From an uncultured Gammaproteobacteria bacterium (GTDB lineage: Bacteria > Patescibacteriota > Patescibacteriia > 2-12-FULL-60-25): a DNA stretch of 64,000 nucleotides. The stretch lies in NCBI GenBank assembly GCA_964598725.1, contig CAZRCW010000002.1, forward strand, positions 226,282-290,281. Direction: 5' to 3'. The position numbers and the translations under genes were made by a program. Of this stretch, positions 1-8,792 are shown one piece after another; within the stretch, counting starts at the first letter, position 1; every line of letters starts with the position of its first letter. Under the pieces are notes generated by a model that made no database searches, was not told the origin of the DNA, and saw nothing but the letters and a program-made list of their open reading frames with translations.

Positions 1-191
1 TTGAACGAGGACTTCTCTTCAGCGGCAGCGGCACCACCAGCGGCGGCAGCGGCGACTGGAGCAGCAGCGGACACACCCCACTTGGCTTCGAGCAATTTGA
101 CGAGCTCAGCGACTTCGATGACCGAAAGCTTTTCGATCGACGAGACGATGCCCTGGTACTTCTCAGGGACTTCAACGATCTGGTTTTCCAT
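1..191 (-). CDS. rplL: 50S ribosomal protein L7/L12, N-terminal part (C-terminus runs off the window)
   Basis: Hand translation of the minus strand from the ATG at 191..189 gives [47 protein letters not shown]..., the L7/L12 dimerisation domain plus Ala-rich hinge. It lies immediately downstream of rplJ. Confidence 0.85.
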   Translation of the reverse strand, partial: MENQIVEVPEKYQGIVSSIEKLSVIEVAELVKLLEAKWGVSAAAPVAAAAAGGAAAAEEKSSF

Positions 192-231
192 AGAATAGAT
201 CTAATGAGAGATGAAAATGAGAGAAAAACGA

Positions 232-858
232 TTAGCTTGCGGCTTCGGCAGGCGCGGCCTCAGGGGCGGCGGCGACTTCAGCGGCTGGAGCTTCGGCAGC
301 AGGCGCAGCTTCCGGTGCAGCTGGGGCTGCTTCTTCGGCAGGCACTTCGGCTTTGACTTCGGCGACCGGCGCACCGCCCATCTGTTCGCTCTTCGCGTTG
401 ATGACGCGGACGAAGGCAGAGGCAGGAGCGTTGAAGACGCTGAGCAATTGGCCCAAGAGTTGCAACTTGGTTGGCAACTTGGACAAGGAGATCGCGTAGG
501 CGCCATCGACGACTTTGCCGTCGAAGATGCCACCAACCAATTTGATTGGTGCGTCTTTGCCGGCGTCTCCGATGAGCTTGGCGGCAGCCATCTCATCTTC
601 CTGGGTGAAGGCAGCGCCCAACATACCAGGCAGGTTTGTGCCCATGATGTCGAACCCGGCCTCTTTCGCAGCGAGACGAAGCAATGTCTTTTTCGCGACA
701 ATGTACTTCACCCCCTGTGCGTCCATTTTCTTGCGGAGCTCAGTCACTTTGGAGACCGTCATGCCCTGGTAGTCGGCGAACATCACCGATTTTCCGGACT
801 GGAAGGCCTCTTTGAGTGCCGTGAGCGCGTCTGTCTTTTGCTGACGAGACTTTGGCAT
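232..858 (-). CDS. rplJ: 50S ribosomal protein L10
   Basis: ORF 232..894. The likely start is MPKSRQQKTDALTALKEAF at 858. The L10-like core is VMFADYQGMTVSKVTELRKKM...KYIVAKKTL, followed by an Ala/Pro/Glu-rich C-terminal tail. It sits upstream of rplL. Confidence 0.9.
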   Translation of the reverse strand: MPKSRQQKTDALTALKEAFQSGKSVMFADYQGMTVSKVTELRKKMDAQGVKYIVAKKTLLRLAAKEAGFDIMGTNLPGMLGAAFTQEDEMAAAKLIGDAGKDAPIKLVGGIFDGKVVDGAYAISLSKLPTKLQLLGQLLSVFNAPASAFVRVINAKSEQMGGAPVAEVKAEVPAEEAAPAAPEAAPAAEAPAAEVAAAPEAAPAEAAS

Positions 859-1059
859 GGTAGGAGAGGAGTTATGAATGAAACAAACAACCACAGGCTC
901 TTGCCCGTGGTCGTTATGCGAGAAAAGCGCTTATTTTAGCGGTTTTTCTGACGTACGTCCTCGGCAAGGAAGATTTAACCCCGAGGAATCGAGGCCTTGC
1001 TGTCTTTGGAGTCTCTGGTTGTTCGAAGGAAGACTACCTAAAAGCCGAAAAACCGTCAA
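859..1059 (-). promoter_or_regulatory. Putative rplJL promoter (TTGACG-17-TAGTCT, 1059..1031) and about 170-nt structured leader (candidate L10 leader)
   Basis: The minus strand reads GTTGACGgtttttcggcttttaggTAGTCT, then a long untranslated leader with hairpins (ccttgccgagg/cctcggggttaaatcttccttgccgagg) before the rplJ ATG. L10 autoregulatory leaders are known at this position in many bacteria. Confidence 0.35.
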
Positions 1060-1410
1060 CTAAGCGGCGGATTGCTCACGGACCAGGGCGTTGGAGGCCC
1101 AGGAAATCACCCAGAAGACGATCGCCCCGATAAGCGCTGCACCAAACCCAGCGACCTGGAAACCTGGAACCAAGGCGGAAGCGAGCCAGAACATCAGGGC
1201 GTTGATAACCAGCGTAAACAATCCAAGCGTTAGAATATTGATCGGCAACGACAAGACCAGAAGCACCGGACGGATCACAGCGTTGATCAACCCCATCACA
1301 AACGCGGTGACAAGCGCAGTGAAGAATCCATCGACATGCACACCTGGCACGATATACGACACCAAGATCACGGCGAGCGCGTTCAACAGCAAACGAAGGA
1401 GAAGTGACAT
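1060..1410 (-). CDS. Small 4-TM membrane protein, phage-holin-4_2/DUF360-like (YvlD family)
   Basis: 116 aa and almost entirely hydrophobic. LLLNALAVILVSYIVPGVHVDGFFTALVTAFVMGLINAVIRPVL is the characteristic DUF360 pattern. Confidence 0.7.
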   Translation of the reverse strand: MSLLLRLLLNALAVILVSYIVPGVHVDGFFTALVTAFVMGLINAVIRPVLLVLSLPINILTLGLFTLVINALMFWLASALVPGFQVAGFGAALIGAIVFWVISWASNALVREQSAA

Positions 1411-1428
1411 AGAGAGAAAAGGGGCGAA

Positions 1429-1653
1429 TTATTCTTCCGACTCAACCCCCATACTATAGCGCACTTTGATCTCTTTGATCGTGTTTTCGGCTTCTTGAAG
1501 GCGTTCGCGAAGAGCGGCGGACAATTCCATCGCACGTTCGAAACGTTTCAAACCCTCATCCAAATCCGGTTCGGCCTGTTCGAACCAACTCGAGATTTCT
1601 TCGAGTTCCTTAAATGAGTGAGCGACATCGACGTCTGATTTGCGTTTTGCCAT
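1429..1653 (-). CDS. xseB: Exodeoxyribonuclease VII small subunit
   Basis: 74 aa. FKELEEISSWFEQAEPDLDEGLKRFERAMELSAALRERL is the XseB helical hairpin pattern. It lies directly downstream of xseA. Confidence 0.85.
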   Translation of the reverse strand: MAKRKSDVDVAHSFKELEEISSWFEQAEPDLDEGLKRFERAMELSAALRERLQEAENTIKEIKVRYSMGVESEE

Positions 1654-1658
1654 AAAGA

Positions 1659-2837
1659 TTAGCGTTTAGGAGAAACGATTGAGTGAACTGTACCATCTTT
1701 CACTTGAATCGACAGTGTGTCGCCTGCTTGGAGACCTTGAATCGATGATTGAACGGTTCCCGTCGCGTTTCGGACAATTGCGTAGCCTTTTCGAAGAATT
1801 GCTTCCGGTTGATGAGCCTTGATTAAGCGATCGATTACTTCTAGACGATCACGCGCACTCACCATCGTTCGTTCCAAACCGGTTTGAATCATCCGTTCGA
1901 GATGCGTGAAGCGCCAGGTGCACTGCTTGAGCCAGGCGTCGGTCCGCACCATGACACGCTCGATCCGATCACGCGCCTCTTCGATCCACGCATCAAGCGC
2001 TGAACTAACCGATGACTGCAATGTCGCCAACTCATACAGCACATCCATCCGATCTAAGACCAAGCGGCGAGCGCAGTCGGTCGGCGTCGAACCGCGGACA
2101 TCAGCAACTTCTTCGGCAAAAGTCAGATCACGTTCGTGACCAATTCCGACGAGGGTTGGAATGCGGCAAGAGAATAAGGCCCGGACTACCTGTTCATTGT
2201 TAAACGCCATAAGTTCTTCCAGCGATCCTCCACCGCGCGTCAGAACAAGCGCATCATAATTTCGCTCCGCCTGCAGCGATTGTGCTGTTTGAATCGCGGC
2301 CACGATCTGCGTCGGTGCTTGTTCACCCTGCACCATTACGTGGTAAAGGTCGATTTCGAGTCCGCCCCAACGTTCGGATAAGATGCGAACAAAGTCTCCG
2401 TAGGCAGCACTCTCGCGAGATGCGACAAGCGCGATCCGCTTCGGAAAGCGAGTCAGACTCCGTTTACGCGAAGCATCGAATAAGCCTTCTTTTTCAAGTT
2501 TTACGCGCAACATCTGGAGCGCTTTCTGCAGAGCACCCTCACCGATCAGTTCAACGCGATCGGCTGAGAACGAAAACTTTCCATACTTAGGATAAATGCG
2601 TGGCCAGCCATACAAGCGCACACGCATGCCATCTTGAATCGGCACATTCAACTTGGCCGCCGGCATAAAAATACTCACGAGCCCACCTTCGTCTTTGAGA
2701 TCGAAGTTCACCCACTGGCCCTGTGACAAACGATAGGACGTCACCTCGCCTTCAAGCGCCACCTGCTGACTATCCCAAATCGCCTTGAACGTATCGTTCA
2801 AGTACGCGATGAAGGCGGAGACAGTCATGATATGCAT
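1659..2837 (-). CDS. xseA: Exodeoxyribonuclease VII large subunit
   Basis: 392 aa. It has an N-terminal OB fold (VALEGEVTSYRLSQGQWVNFDLKD) and a catalytic core (IALVASRESAAYGDFV, VLTRGGGSLEELMAFNNE). The start may be M4 at 2828. Confidence 0.9.
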   Translation of the reverse strand: MHIMTVSAFIAYLNDTFKAIWDSQQVALEGEVTSYRLSQGQWVNFDLKDEGGLVSIFMPAAKLNVPIQDGMRVRLYGWPRIYPKYGKFSFSADRVELIGEGALQKALQMLRVKLEKEGLFDASRKRSLTRFPKRIALVASRESAAYGDFVRILSERWGGLEIDLYHVMVQGEQAPTQIVAAIQTAQSLQAERNYDALVLTRGGGSLEELMAFNNEQVVRALFSCRIPTLVGIGHERDLTFAEEVADVRGSTPTDCARRLVLDRMDVLYELATLQSSVSSALDAWIEEARDRIERVMVRTDAWLKQCTWRFTHLERMIQTGLERTMVSARDRLEVIDRLIKAHQPEAILRKGYAIVRNATGTVQSSIQGLQAGDTLSIQVKDGTVHSIVSPKR

Positions 2838-2839
2838 AC

Positions 2840-3361
2840 TCAGAGCATGGGGGTTGGGAGGAGCGGACGATAGGCTTCAATATCTACTCCCAACGTATGC
2901 GGTCCGACCGCACGTGGCAAGAGCTCACGAATGGTACCGACCACAATCTTGGTTTTATCTGTGTTACTACAGATCAAAATCGTGTCGCGACTGGCGACAT
3001 CGGCTAATTCGTAGATGTACTGGCGACAGATCCCGCAAGGTGTCAGCGGCTCAACGACACTCGACCCATGATGATGAGCAATTAATGCTAACGCCTCGAG
3101 CGCACGATCCCCCGCTGTATTCGCGGCAGCCAAGGCGGCCTGTTCGGCACAGATCGTTCCCGTTTCGGTTGCTTGCTCAATATTCGCACCGATGTACATT
3201 CGTTTATTGACCGAGCGTACGGCACACCCGACGTGACGGGTTGAATAAGGAGCATAGGCATTCGTCATCGCCCGTACCGCCTCATCGAGGAGAAACTGAT
3301 CTTCGAGGGTGAGATCTTGAAAGCGCATCGGCTGCATAGGAAGGGTTTTAGGGTAGCACAT
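2840..3361 (-). CDS. cdd: Cytidine deaminase
   Basis: The zinc motifs CAEQAA and PCGICRQ are present, together with the APYS..HVGCAV N-terminal motif. The start is uncertain (3361, 3337 or 3328). Confidence 0.8.
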   Translation of the reverse strand: MCYPKTLPMQPMRFQDLTLEDQFLLDEAVRAMTNAYAPYSTRHVGCAVRSVNKRMYIGANIEQATETGTICAEQAALAAANTAGDRALEALALIAHHHGSSVVEPLTPCGICRQYIYELADVASRDTILICSNTDKTKIVVGTIRELLPRAVGPHTLGVDIEAYRPLLPTPML

Positions 3362-3938
3362 GAGAAATGCGTTTGCCTGTCCACTGGTGATCCATTGCCG
3401 TCTTTAGGAAAACTTGATAGAACGTTGAGGCTACGAGAGTTGGCACACCTCTCAAGCGGACTACCAACGTCAACCCAGTGTGTCTCAGATCGGAGCCTTC
3501 TCGATGAAGCTTCAGTCGATTCGGCAGCAGCGCGCCCGCAAGGCCCAGCGTCCCGAGCGTTCGCTCATGTGGGGCGACCCGCGCCGGAAGTCTCGCTACA
3601 GCCCGCCGCGGCAGCCCGCCCGCGAGCAGCACAGGCGCCACCAGCAGAACGGCCGCGCCAAGGCCCAGGTCGCCCGCCACGTCCGCGGCGGCCGCAAGTT
3701 CGACCAGGGCGCCTCCCGCCGCCACTGATCCCCTCCGGTCGCCGGCATCCGCCGCGACCAAAATCCCCTCTCCAGCCCCGCCCCTCCGGTCCTCCCCGGT
3801 GGGGCGGACTGCTATATAAAGCATTATTTGACAGAAAAAGGCTCTGGGGAGTACAACTTGTCCCGCACGGCCCGTGCACACAGGCTGAAGCCGGCGAACT
3901 TCCTCTCCGGATAAGCACAGGGCGAACGAGGTAGCGCG

Positions 3939-4259
3939 ATGTCAGACAATGCGGGCGATACGCCCACCAACGAAGAAGGCACCGAAGGCTCCCCCAGCAA
4001 CCCGCCGACCGACGGCAGCGCCGCGACCGGCAACGAGGGCACCCCCTCGAACCCGCCGCGCGCGAGCAACCCGCCCGACGACGCCGACGAGAAGCCGGCC
4101 CGCGCGAGCAACCCGCCCGACGAGAAGCCCGCCGAGGACGAGCCCGCCCGCGCGAGCAACCCGCCCGCCGAGCCCGCGGCCGAGCCCGACGCCGCGGCCA
4201 CCCCCGAGGGCGGCACGCCCGTCGACGACGGCCAGGGCGACGCCCCGGTCAACCCGTAG
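3939..4259 (+). CDS. GC-rich orphan ORF encoding an acidic Pro-rich repeat protein with an (A)SNPP motif repeated five times
   Basis: The ATG is preceded by GAGGT 9 nt upstream. Third codon positions are almost all G/C in this frame. The protein reads MSDNAGDTPTNEEG...PSNPPTDG...PSNPPRASNPPDD...ARASNPPDE...ARASNPPAE. A strong terminator follows. Confidence 0.65.
   Translation: MSDNAGDTPTNEEGTEGSPSNPPTDGSAATGNEGTPSNPPRASNPPDDADEKPARASNPPDEKPAEDEPARASNPPAEPAAEPDAAATPEGGTPVDDGQGDAPVNP
4059..4166 (+). repeat. Three perfect copies of the 18-mer CGCGCGAGCAACCCGCCC (at 4059, 4101, 4149) inside the SNPP-repeat ORF
   Basis: Located by direct reading. The spacings are 42 and 48 nt, so the copies are in frame and encode RASNPP. 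Confidence 0.9.
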
Positions 4260-4348
4260 AGGGCTGAACCAGCCGCAAGAACAACACCCAGCGCGGAGGT
4301 AGACGCTGGAAGACCCTCAAACCTGTCCGCGTAACTCGCGGACACAGA

Positions 4349-4393
4349 AAACCACAGCGCTCACGGACTACCCCGGAGCGCTGGTTTCTTTTT
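4349..4393. terminator. Bidirectional rho-independent terminator shared by 3939..4259 (+) and capA (-)
   Basis: The sequence is aaaccacagcgctc-acggactacccc-ggagcgctggtttcttttt, with A-run and T-run flanks. A second hairpin, gtccgcgtaactcgcggac, lies at 4325..4343. Confidence 0.75.
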
Positions 4394-4407
4394 AAGAGGT
4401 TATTGGA

Positions 4408-5568
4408 TTATTTTATTCGTTGGAACACTAACACCTTTCCTTGTTCGATAGCTCCTTGGAGTGGTTCATCCGAAATCGATGCCAGCTTTTGTAGACGAGT
4501 GACCAACGTAGCGCCCGTCTCTAGCTTTGGCTGGCTCGCAATAATACTAAGCGGAACCGGTGCGATCTCGATTGTTTGAGGAGTGATATTCACTTTCAAT
4601 GCTAATCCTTGCTGTGTTTCTTTGGACCAATCTTGGTCGAAGATGAAATTGCCAAGCGACCACATGATCGGCTTGCCTTTGTATTCTGAAATGCCTTGGA
4701 CCCAGTGCGGATGGCCGCCGATCACGATATCGACACCTTGGTCGATCATCCAGTGTGCAAACTCAACGTTCCCTGCATCTGGATGGTCACGGTATTCCGT
4801 ACCCCAATGTAAGACACTGATCACCAGGGTTGCTTGCTCCTTTGCGAGCTTGATCGCTTTTGCTGCTTCCACGCGATCGATCGGATTATCCGTACTGTTC
4901 CAACCGAGGAACGCGATCGTCTCACCTTTGACCGTCGTCGTTGCCAGGGCAATGAGTCCATCATCCACTTGATGACCAAAGACCACGAAGCCAGCTTCAC
5001 GCAGACGCGAAACTGAGTTAGCATATCCCGCCGAGCCCTGATCTAGTGCATGATTGTTTGCCTGAGAGAATACGTCCCACCCCAGACCTTTCAGCAGCTT
5101 TGCCCAAGCCGGATCGAACTGAAAGTCGATCGACTTTACCGGTGGACGACGTACATCCGTCAACGAACCTTCAAGATTCGCGATCGCGAGATCCGGTTCA
5201 GAGATCCAGTTCTCCGGCAGCTGGCGAAAGGGATACAGCGAATCACCAGACTTCTTCGTCCGATCGGCGACGTTGCGATCGAGCATAATATCACCGACCA
5301 CTAACAGTGAGATATCAGAACTTGCCGCTGACGTTTCGGGCCTAGATGAAGGCGCAACGATCACCGGCGGGACAGACTCGGTAGATGTCGCTATCGAGTC
5401 AGAAGAGATGACATCGATCGAAGACGTTGGAGCAACCGAAACAGCCGGAAGAATCCTCGTCGGAGATACTGGGCTCTGCCATGAGAAATTCCAAGCGAGA
5501 TACAACGCGATACACAGCACAATCACTAACCCTCCGACCCACCACCAGATCTGGCTTTTTTGGTTCAT
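4408..5568 (-). CDS. CapA family protein (PGA_cap metallophosphatase-like), N-terminal membrane anchor
   Basis: Motifs present are LLVVGDIMLDRNV, NLEGSLTD, ANNHALDQG, HWGTEY and GGHPHWVQG. Confidence 0.8.
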   Translation of the reverse strand: MNQKSQIWWWVGGLVIVLCIALYLAWNFSWQSPVSPTRILPAVSVAPTSSIDVISSDSIATSTESVPPVIVAPSSRPETSAASSDISLLVVGDIMLDRNVADRTKKSGDSLYPFRQLPENWISEPDLAIANLEGSLTDVRRPPVKSIDFQFDPAWAKLLKGLGWDVFSQANNHALDQGSAGYANSVSRLREAGFVVFGHQVDDGLIALATTTVKGETIAFLGWNSTDNPIDRVEAAKAIKLAKEQATLVISVLHWGTEYRDHPDAGNVEFAHWMIDQGVDIVIGGHPHWVQGISEYKGKPIMWSLGNFIFDQDWSKETQQGLALKVNITPQTIEIAPVPLSIIASQPKLETGATLVTRLQKLASISDEPLQGAIEQGKVLVFQRIK

Positions 5569-5571
5569 AGG

Positions 5572-6414
5572 CTACTGCTTTGGCATCAGCACAAGAACAA
5601 CTTTGTCACCGTTCGGCACGTCTCCGCCATTCCAATCGTGGACCGCGTTAAATAATATATTCTCAGTATAGATGTATTCTTTTCCTTTGCGCGTCCCTGG
5701 ATCATTCGTCAAAAACGTTCCATCTTTTAAATATCCACGAACAACGAACATATGGTACGGCGGTCCTCCATTGCGGAAGTTCGGATTATTCAATTCTTTT
5801 CCCGAAGCCGGCAAAATCACCGGATACCCATTCGCAACCGCGTTACGCACCTGGTCCATCGAGGTCAGCGCCTGAATGACCGGCTTAAAGCCGTAACGCT
5901 CATTCGCGATCTGGCCGATACGCGCCAAGGTCACATCCGGTTGATCGCCCTGTGATTCTTCGTACGCCACAAGATCAAGAATCAACCGATCGGACTCATC
6001 CGCCGTGGGGTCACTCGTCCGGCCACTCAAGAACTGTTGAACCATTAAGAGCGACGTCTCTTCACAGGCTTCTTGGTACGGCATATCCCAGTTCTGTTTT
6101 GGTGCTTGCAACATGAAGGGCACGGCCAGATTCATCTCGGCTGGTCGTGTTCCTGCAAACGTAAATGGATTCGCTTCCGTTTTTATAGGCTCTGGCTCAG
6201 GGGTAGCTACCAGTTCTGAAGAGGTTGCTATTGGGAGCGCTGGCGTACTCGATGTCGGTCGAGTTGAAGACACCGGCTGATACGGTGTCGCAACCGGAAT
6301 ACTTGGTCGTCCCAGTTCTTCTACCATTGGCCGCCAGACGCCACGAGCGGCATAGGCGCCACCTGCGATCGCGAGTACCACAACAATAGCTGCTAGCTTT
6401 TTGAGTGAAGACAT
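5572..6414 (-). CDS. C39-like cysteine peptidase domain protein (Peptidase_C39_2), membrane anchored
   Basis: It has an N-terminal TM segment, a Pro/Thr/Ser linker, then VPFMLQAPKQNWDMPYQEACEETSLLMV and HMFVVRGY. Confidence 0.65.
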   Translation of the reverse strand: MSSLKKLAAIVVVLAIAGGAYAARGVWRPMVEELGRPSIPVATPYQPVSSTRPTSSTPALPIATSSELVATPEPEPIKTEANPFTFAGTRPAEMNLAVPFMLQAPKQNWDMPYQEACEETSLLMVQQFLSGRTSDPTADESDRLILDLVAYEESQGDQPDVTLARIGQIANERYGFKPVIQALTSMDQVRNAVANGYPVILPASGKELNNPNFRNGGPPYHMFVVRGYLKDGTFLTNDPGTRKGKEYIYTENILFNAVHDWNGGDVPNGDKVVLVLMPKQ

Positions 6415-6470
6415 ATCATTCCCAGGATACGAGGGATCAGCCGATTTGGCCAGCGAACGGCCGCTCCGCT

Positions 6471-7016
6471 CTACAGGAGCTTCTTTTGATAGACCCAGAT
6501 CCCCTCTTCTCGCTGGATCGGCTCCCAGCCAGGAAGTTCAAAGGTATTTGAAATAATTCTAGCACCAGCTGGCAGCTCGTCCGTGAATTTTTTCGCCAAA
6601 CGAATCATCGCCCGCGGCAGTTGATAGACAAAAACAACATCAGCCTCTGCAAAAGACACATCCCAAAATGATTGCCGAACAAATCGCGCGTTCGGTAATC
6701 GGAACAGCTTAGCAAACAAACGCGAGCGCCAAACCAAAAGCGGATGGATCTCATATCCAACCGCTTGCTTCACCCCAGCTCGTGCGGCACCGAATACGAG
6801 TCGCCCGTCCCCCGAGCCAAGATCGATCACGTGATCTTGATTCGTGAGCTTCGCGAGCTCGAGCATCCGCGCGAGTTTTTTACGTTGTGTTCCAACGAGT
6901 GGCGCATCCCCCCAGATCATCGGCACGAGCGTGTAGCTCACGTAAGCAACAATCACCGTGCAGGCACCCAGCGTGATCAAACCGAGCACGCCCAACAAGA
7001 GGAGATAGCCAATCAT
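6471..7016 (-). CDS. Class I SAM-dependent methyltransferase with N-terminal TM segment
   Basis: SAM motif I, VIDLGSGDGRLVFGAA, is present. 181 aa. Confidence 0.7.
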   Translation of the reverse strand: MIGYLLLLGVLGLITLGACTVIVAYVSYTLVPMIWGDAPLVGTQRKKLARMLELAKLTNQDHVIDLGSGDGRLVFGAARAGVKQAVGYEIHPLLVWRSRLFAKLFRLPNARFVRQSFWDVSFAEADVVFVYQLPRAMIRLAKKFTDELPAGARIISNTFELPGWEPIQREEGIWVYQKKLL

Positions 7017-7019
7017 CTT

Positions 7020-7724
7020 TTATTCTTGAACCGTCACCGACAACATCTTCACCTCTGTGCTTGGACGATCCTGACCGTTGCGTGGCAAGTTCGCGATTTT
7101 CTTCACAACATCCAAGCCTTCAACCACGCGACCAAAGATCGAGTAGTCCGGAGGAAGTGGGTAATCGTCGACCATCACGAAGAACTGTGAACCGTTCGTA
7201 TCGCGACCCGCATTCGCCATGGCGAGCGTCCCATCTGCGTAGTAAGGCGCATTGAACTGCTGGCCCTGCATGTTGAACTGCTTCTCTGGAAGACCGCTCA
7301 CCGCATCGTTTTCAAATTCATACCCTGGACCACCCATGCCGGTGCCGGTTGGATCGCCACCCTGGACCATGAAGCCTGGGATGACGCGGTGGAAAATCGT
7401 GCCATTGTAAAAGCCTGCCTTGACCAACGACAAGAAGTTCGACGCGGCGCGAGGACCTTTTGTGTGATCAAGTTCAATCAAGAAGTCGCCTTGATTCGTC
7501 TGGACACAGACACGCTTTTTATCGACCTGATCAGCGGGCAAGATGCCTGGGAATGTAAGTTTGGTGGAGGAAGACATAGAAGATTGAGGAGTTGTAGGAC
7601 CACAGGTGAACTGTTTCGGGGCACTCACCGTCGTTGGACTATTCGTCGCACAGCCAGCACCGAGCAAGGTCAGCGCTAGAAAGGAAGCAAAAATACGGTT
7701 TTTCATAAGTAGCCTTGGTAGCAT
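7020..7724 (-). CDS. Cyclophilin-type peptidyl-prolyl cis-trans isomerase, lipoprotein
   Basis: Lipobox LLGAGC, followed by FHRVIPGFMVQGGDP, TLAMANAGRDTNGSQFF and IFGRVVEGLDVV. The start is 7724 or 7706. Confidence 0.9.
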   Translation of the reverse strand: MLPRLLMKNRIFASFLALTLLGAGCATNSPTTVSAPKQFTCGPTTPQSSMSSSTKLTFPGILPADQVDKKRVCVQTNQGDFLIELDHTKGPRAASNFLSLVKAGFYNGTIFHRVIPGFMVQGGDPTGTGMGGPGYEFENDAVSGLPEKQFNMQGQQFNAPYYADGTLAMANAGRDTNGSQFFVMVDDYPLPPDYSIFGRVVEGLDVVKKIANLPRNGQDRPSTEVKMLSVTVQE

Positions 7725-7745
7725 GCCATAGTCTTTTCGGATTGA

Positions 7746-8747
7746 CTATCTCTCCCAAGGCAAGACGACGGATGGGTCCGTAGAGACTTTCACGAGCGCG
7801 CTCGCCATCTCCGGCGCCAGCCAATCTGGAGGCAAGTGATCTAGATCGAGATCGTCATCCGTCAATTGGTCAGACAGATCTTCTCCTCGCTCGTTCCAAA
7901 CACGCGCGAAGGCTGCCCGTGTTTCGAGTGGCAGCCAACTGGCACGAACAGCGATCGCTGAACCCTTGCCTGCTCGCACCAATCGACGCGCGATCGCGCG
8001 ACAAGCGATCGCTCCCGCCACACGTGGATGACGCAGTTGTAACCCCACTCCCGATGCCGACAACGGCACGTGCGTGACCGTATCAAAGAGATTTCTTCCT
8101 GATGAGCCGATACGCGTTGCGAGACCCGCCTGCGTCTCTTCACCGGCGGGATTAATGCGCAGATCCATTCCCGGAATGACCAACTCGCATGTTCGCTGTA
8201 CGAGCTCACGAACTCGCTCCAGAGCCTGGGTGTCCAAGTGCTCAACGCGAATCAAAACGAGCGGCTTGTCGGCAGTCGTTAGAAAAACGTTAATCTCATA
8301 ATCCGCTCCTAACCAATACCAATCCTGATCGGTCGTGCGGCGCATCTCAAGCAAGCGAGCCAGCTGGCGTGCGATCACGACGGATTTCGGTAGAAATTCC
8401 GGCGTCTCACTTGTCGCAAACCCTTGAACCGTGACCGATTCGCGACTCCCGATCGCTTTTGCCCAGGCGGCAGACATCGGCTCGAAGGCGATGAATGGCT
8501 CGATCGTTCCCAATACCCCGCAAGTCGCAAGCGTCTGTTTAATGGTCGCTGAGACATCGAAATCCGCTGACGAGGCGATCTCACCCGCCAAAAATAAGAC
8601 TCCTTTTCCTCCACAGGCACGGATGTTTAGACGCGATTCCGGATCACGGCGCAGATACTCTTCCACAACCGAAGCAACCACGAGATCGCAGGCCTGATCG
8701 GGATGTCCCGGACCGAGTACGGTGGCCGCTGACATAAGAGGCGACAA
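7746..8747 (-). CDS. Divergent S-adenosylmethionine-synthetase-fold protein with degenerate catalytic motifs
   Basis: By eye it is collinear with MetK. GPGHPDQACDLVVASVVEEYLRRDPESRLNIR aligns with GHPDKIADQISDAVLD..DP.ARVACE. GVLFLAGEIASSADFD aligns with G.V.VGGEITT. VQGFATSET aligns with LMFGYATNET. INPAGE aligns with INPTGRF. The GAGDQG and GGGAFSGKD motifs are not conserved. 333 aa. Confidence 0.6.
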   Translation of the reverse strand: MSPLMSAATVLGPGHPDQACDLVVASVVEEYLRRDPESRLNIRACGGKGVLFLAGEIASSADFDVSATIKQTLATCGVLGTIEPFIAFEPMSAAWAKAIGSRESVTVQGFATSETPEFLPKSVVIARQLARLLEMRRTTDQDWYWLGADYEINVFLTTADKPLVLIRVEHLDTQALERVRELVQRTCELVIPGMDLRINPAGEETQAGLATRIGSSGRNLFDTVTHVPLSASGVGLQLRHPRVAGAIACRAIARRLVRAGKGSAIAVRASWLPLETRAAFARVWNERGEDLSDQLTDDDLDLDHLPPDWLAPEMASALVKVSTDPSVVLPWER

Positions 8748-8792
8748 CCTTAGCGAGACCGCAGGCGCAGAACAAGCCGTAACTAAATCCTT

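Noticed and set aside
211-939. A 242-aa plus-strand ORF, plus 201..701 on the minus strand, overlapping rplJ
   Set aside because: It is antisense to, or out of frame with, a clearly recognisable L10 gene, and the product is low-complexity Arg/Gly-rich.
3824-4345. A 173-aa minus-strand ORF with GGLLARAG repeats, antisense to the SNPP-repeat ORF
   Set aside because: It is the mirror image of the plus-strand repeat. The plus frame carries the G/C-saturated third positions, an SD and a terminator.
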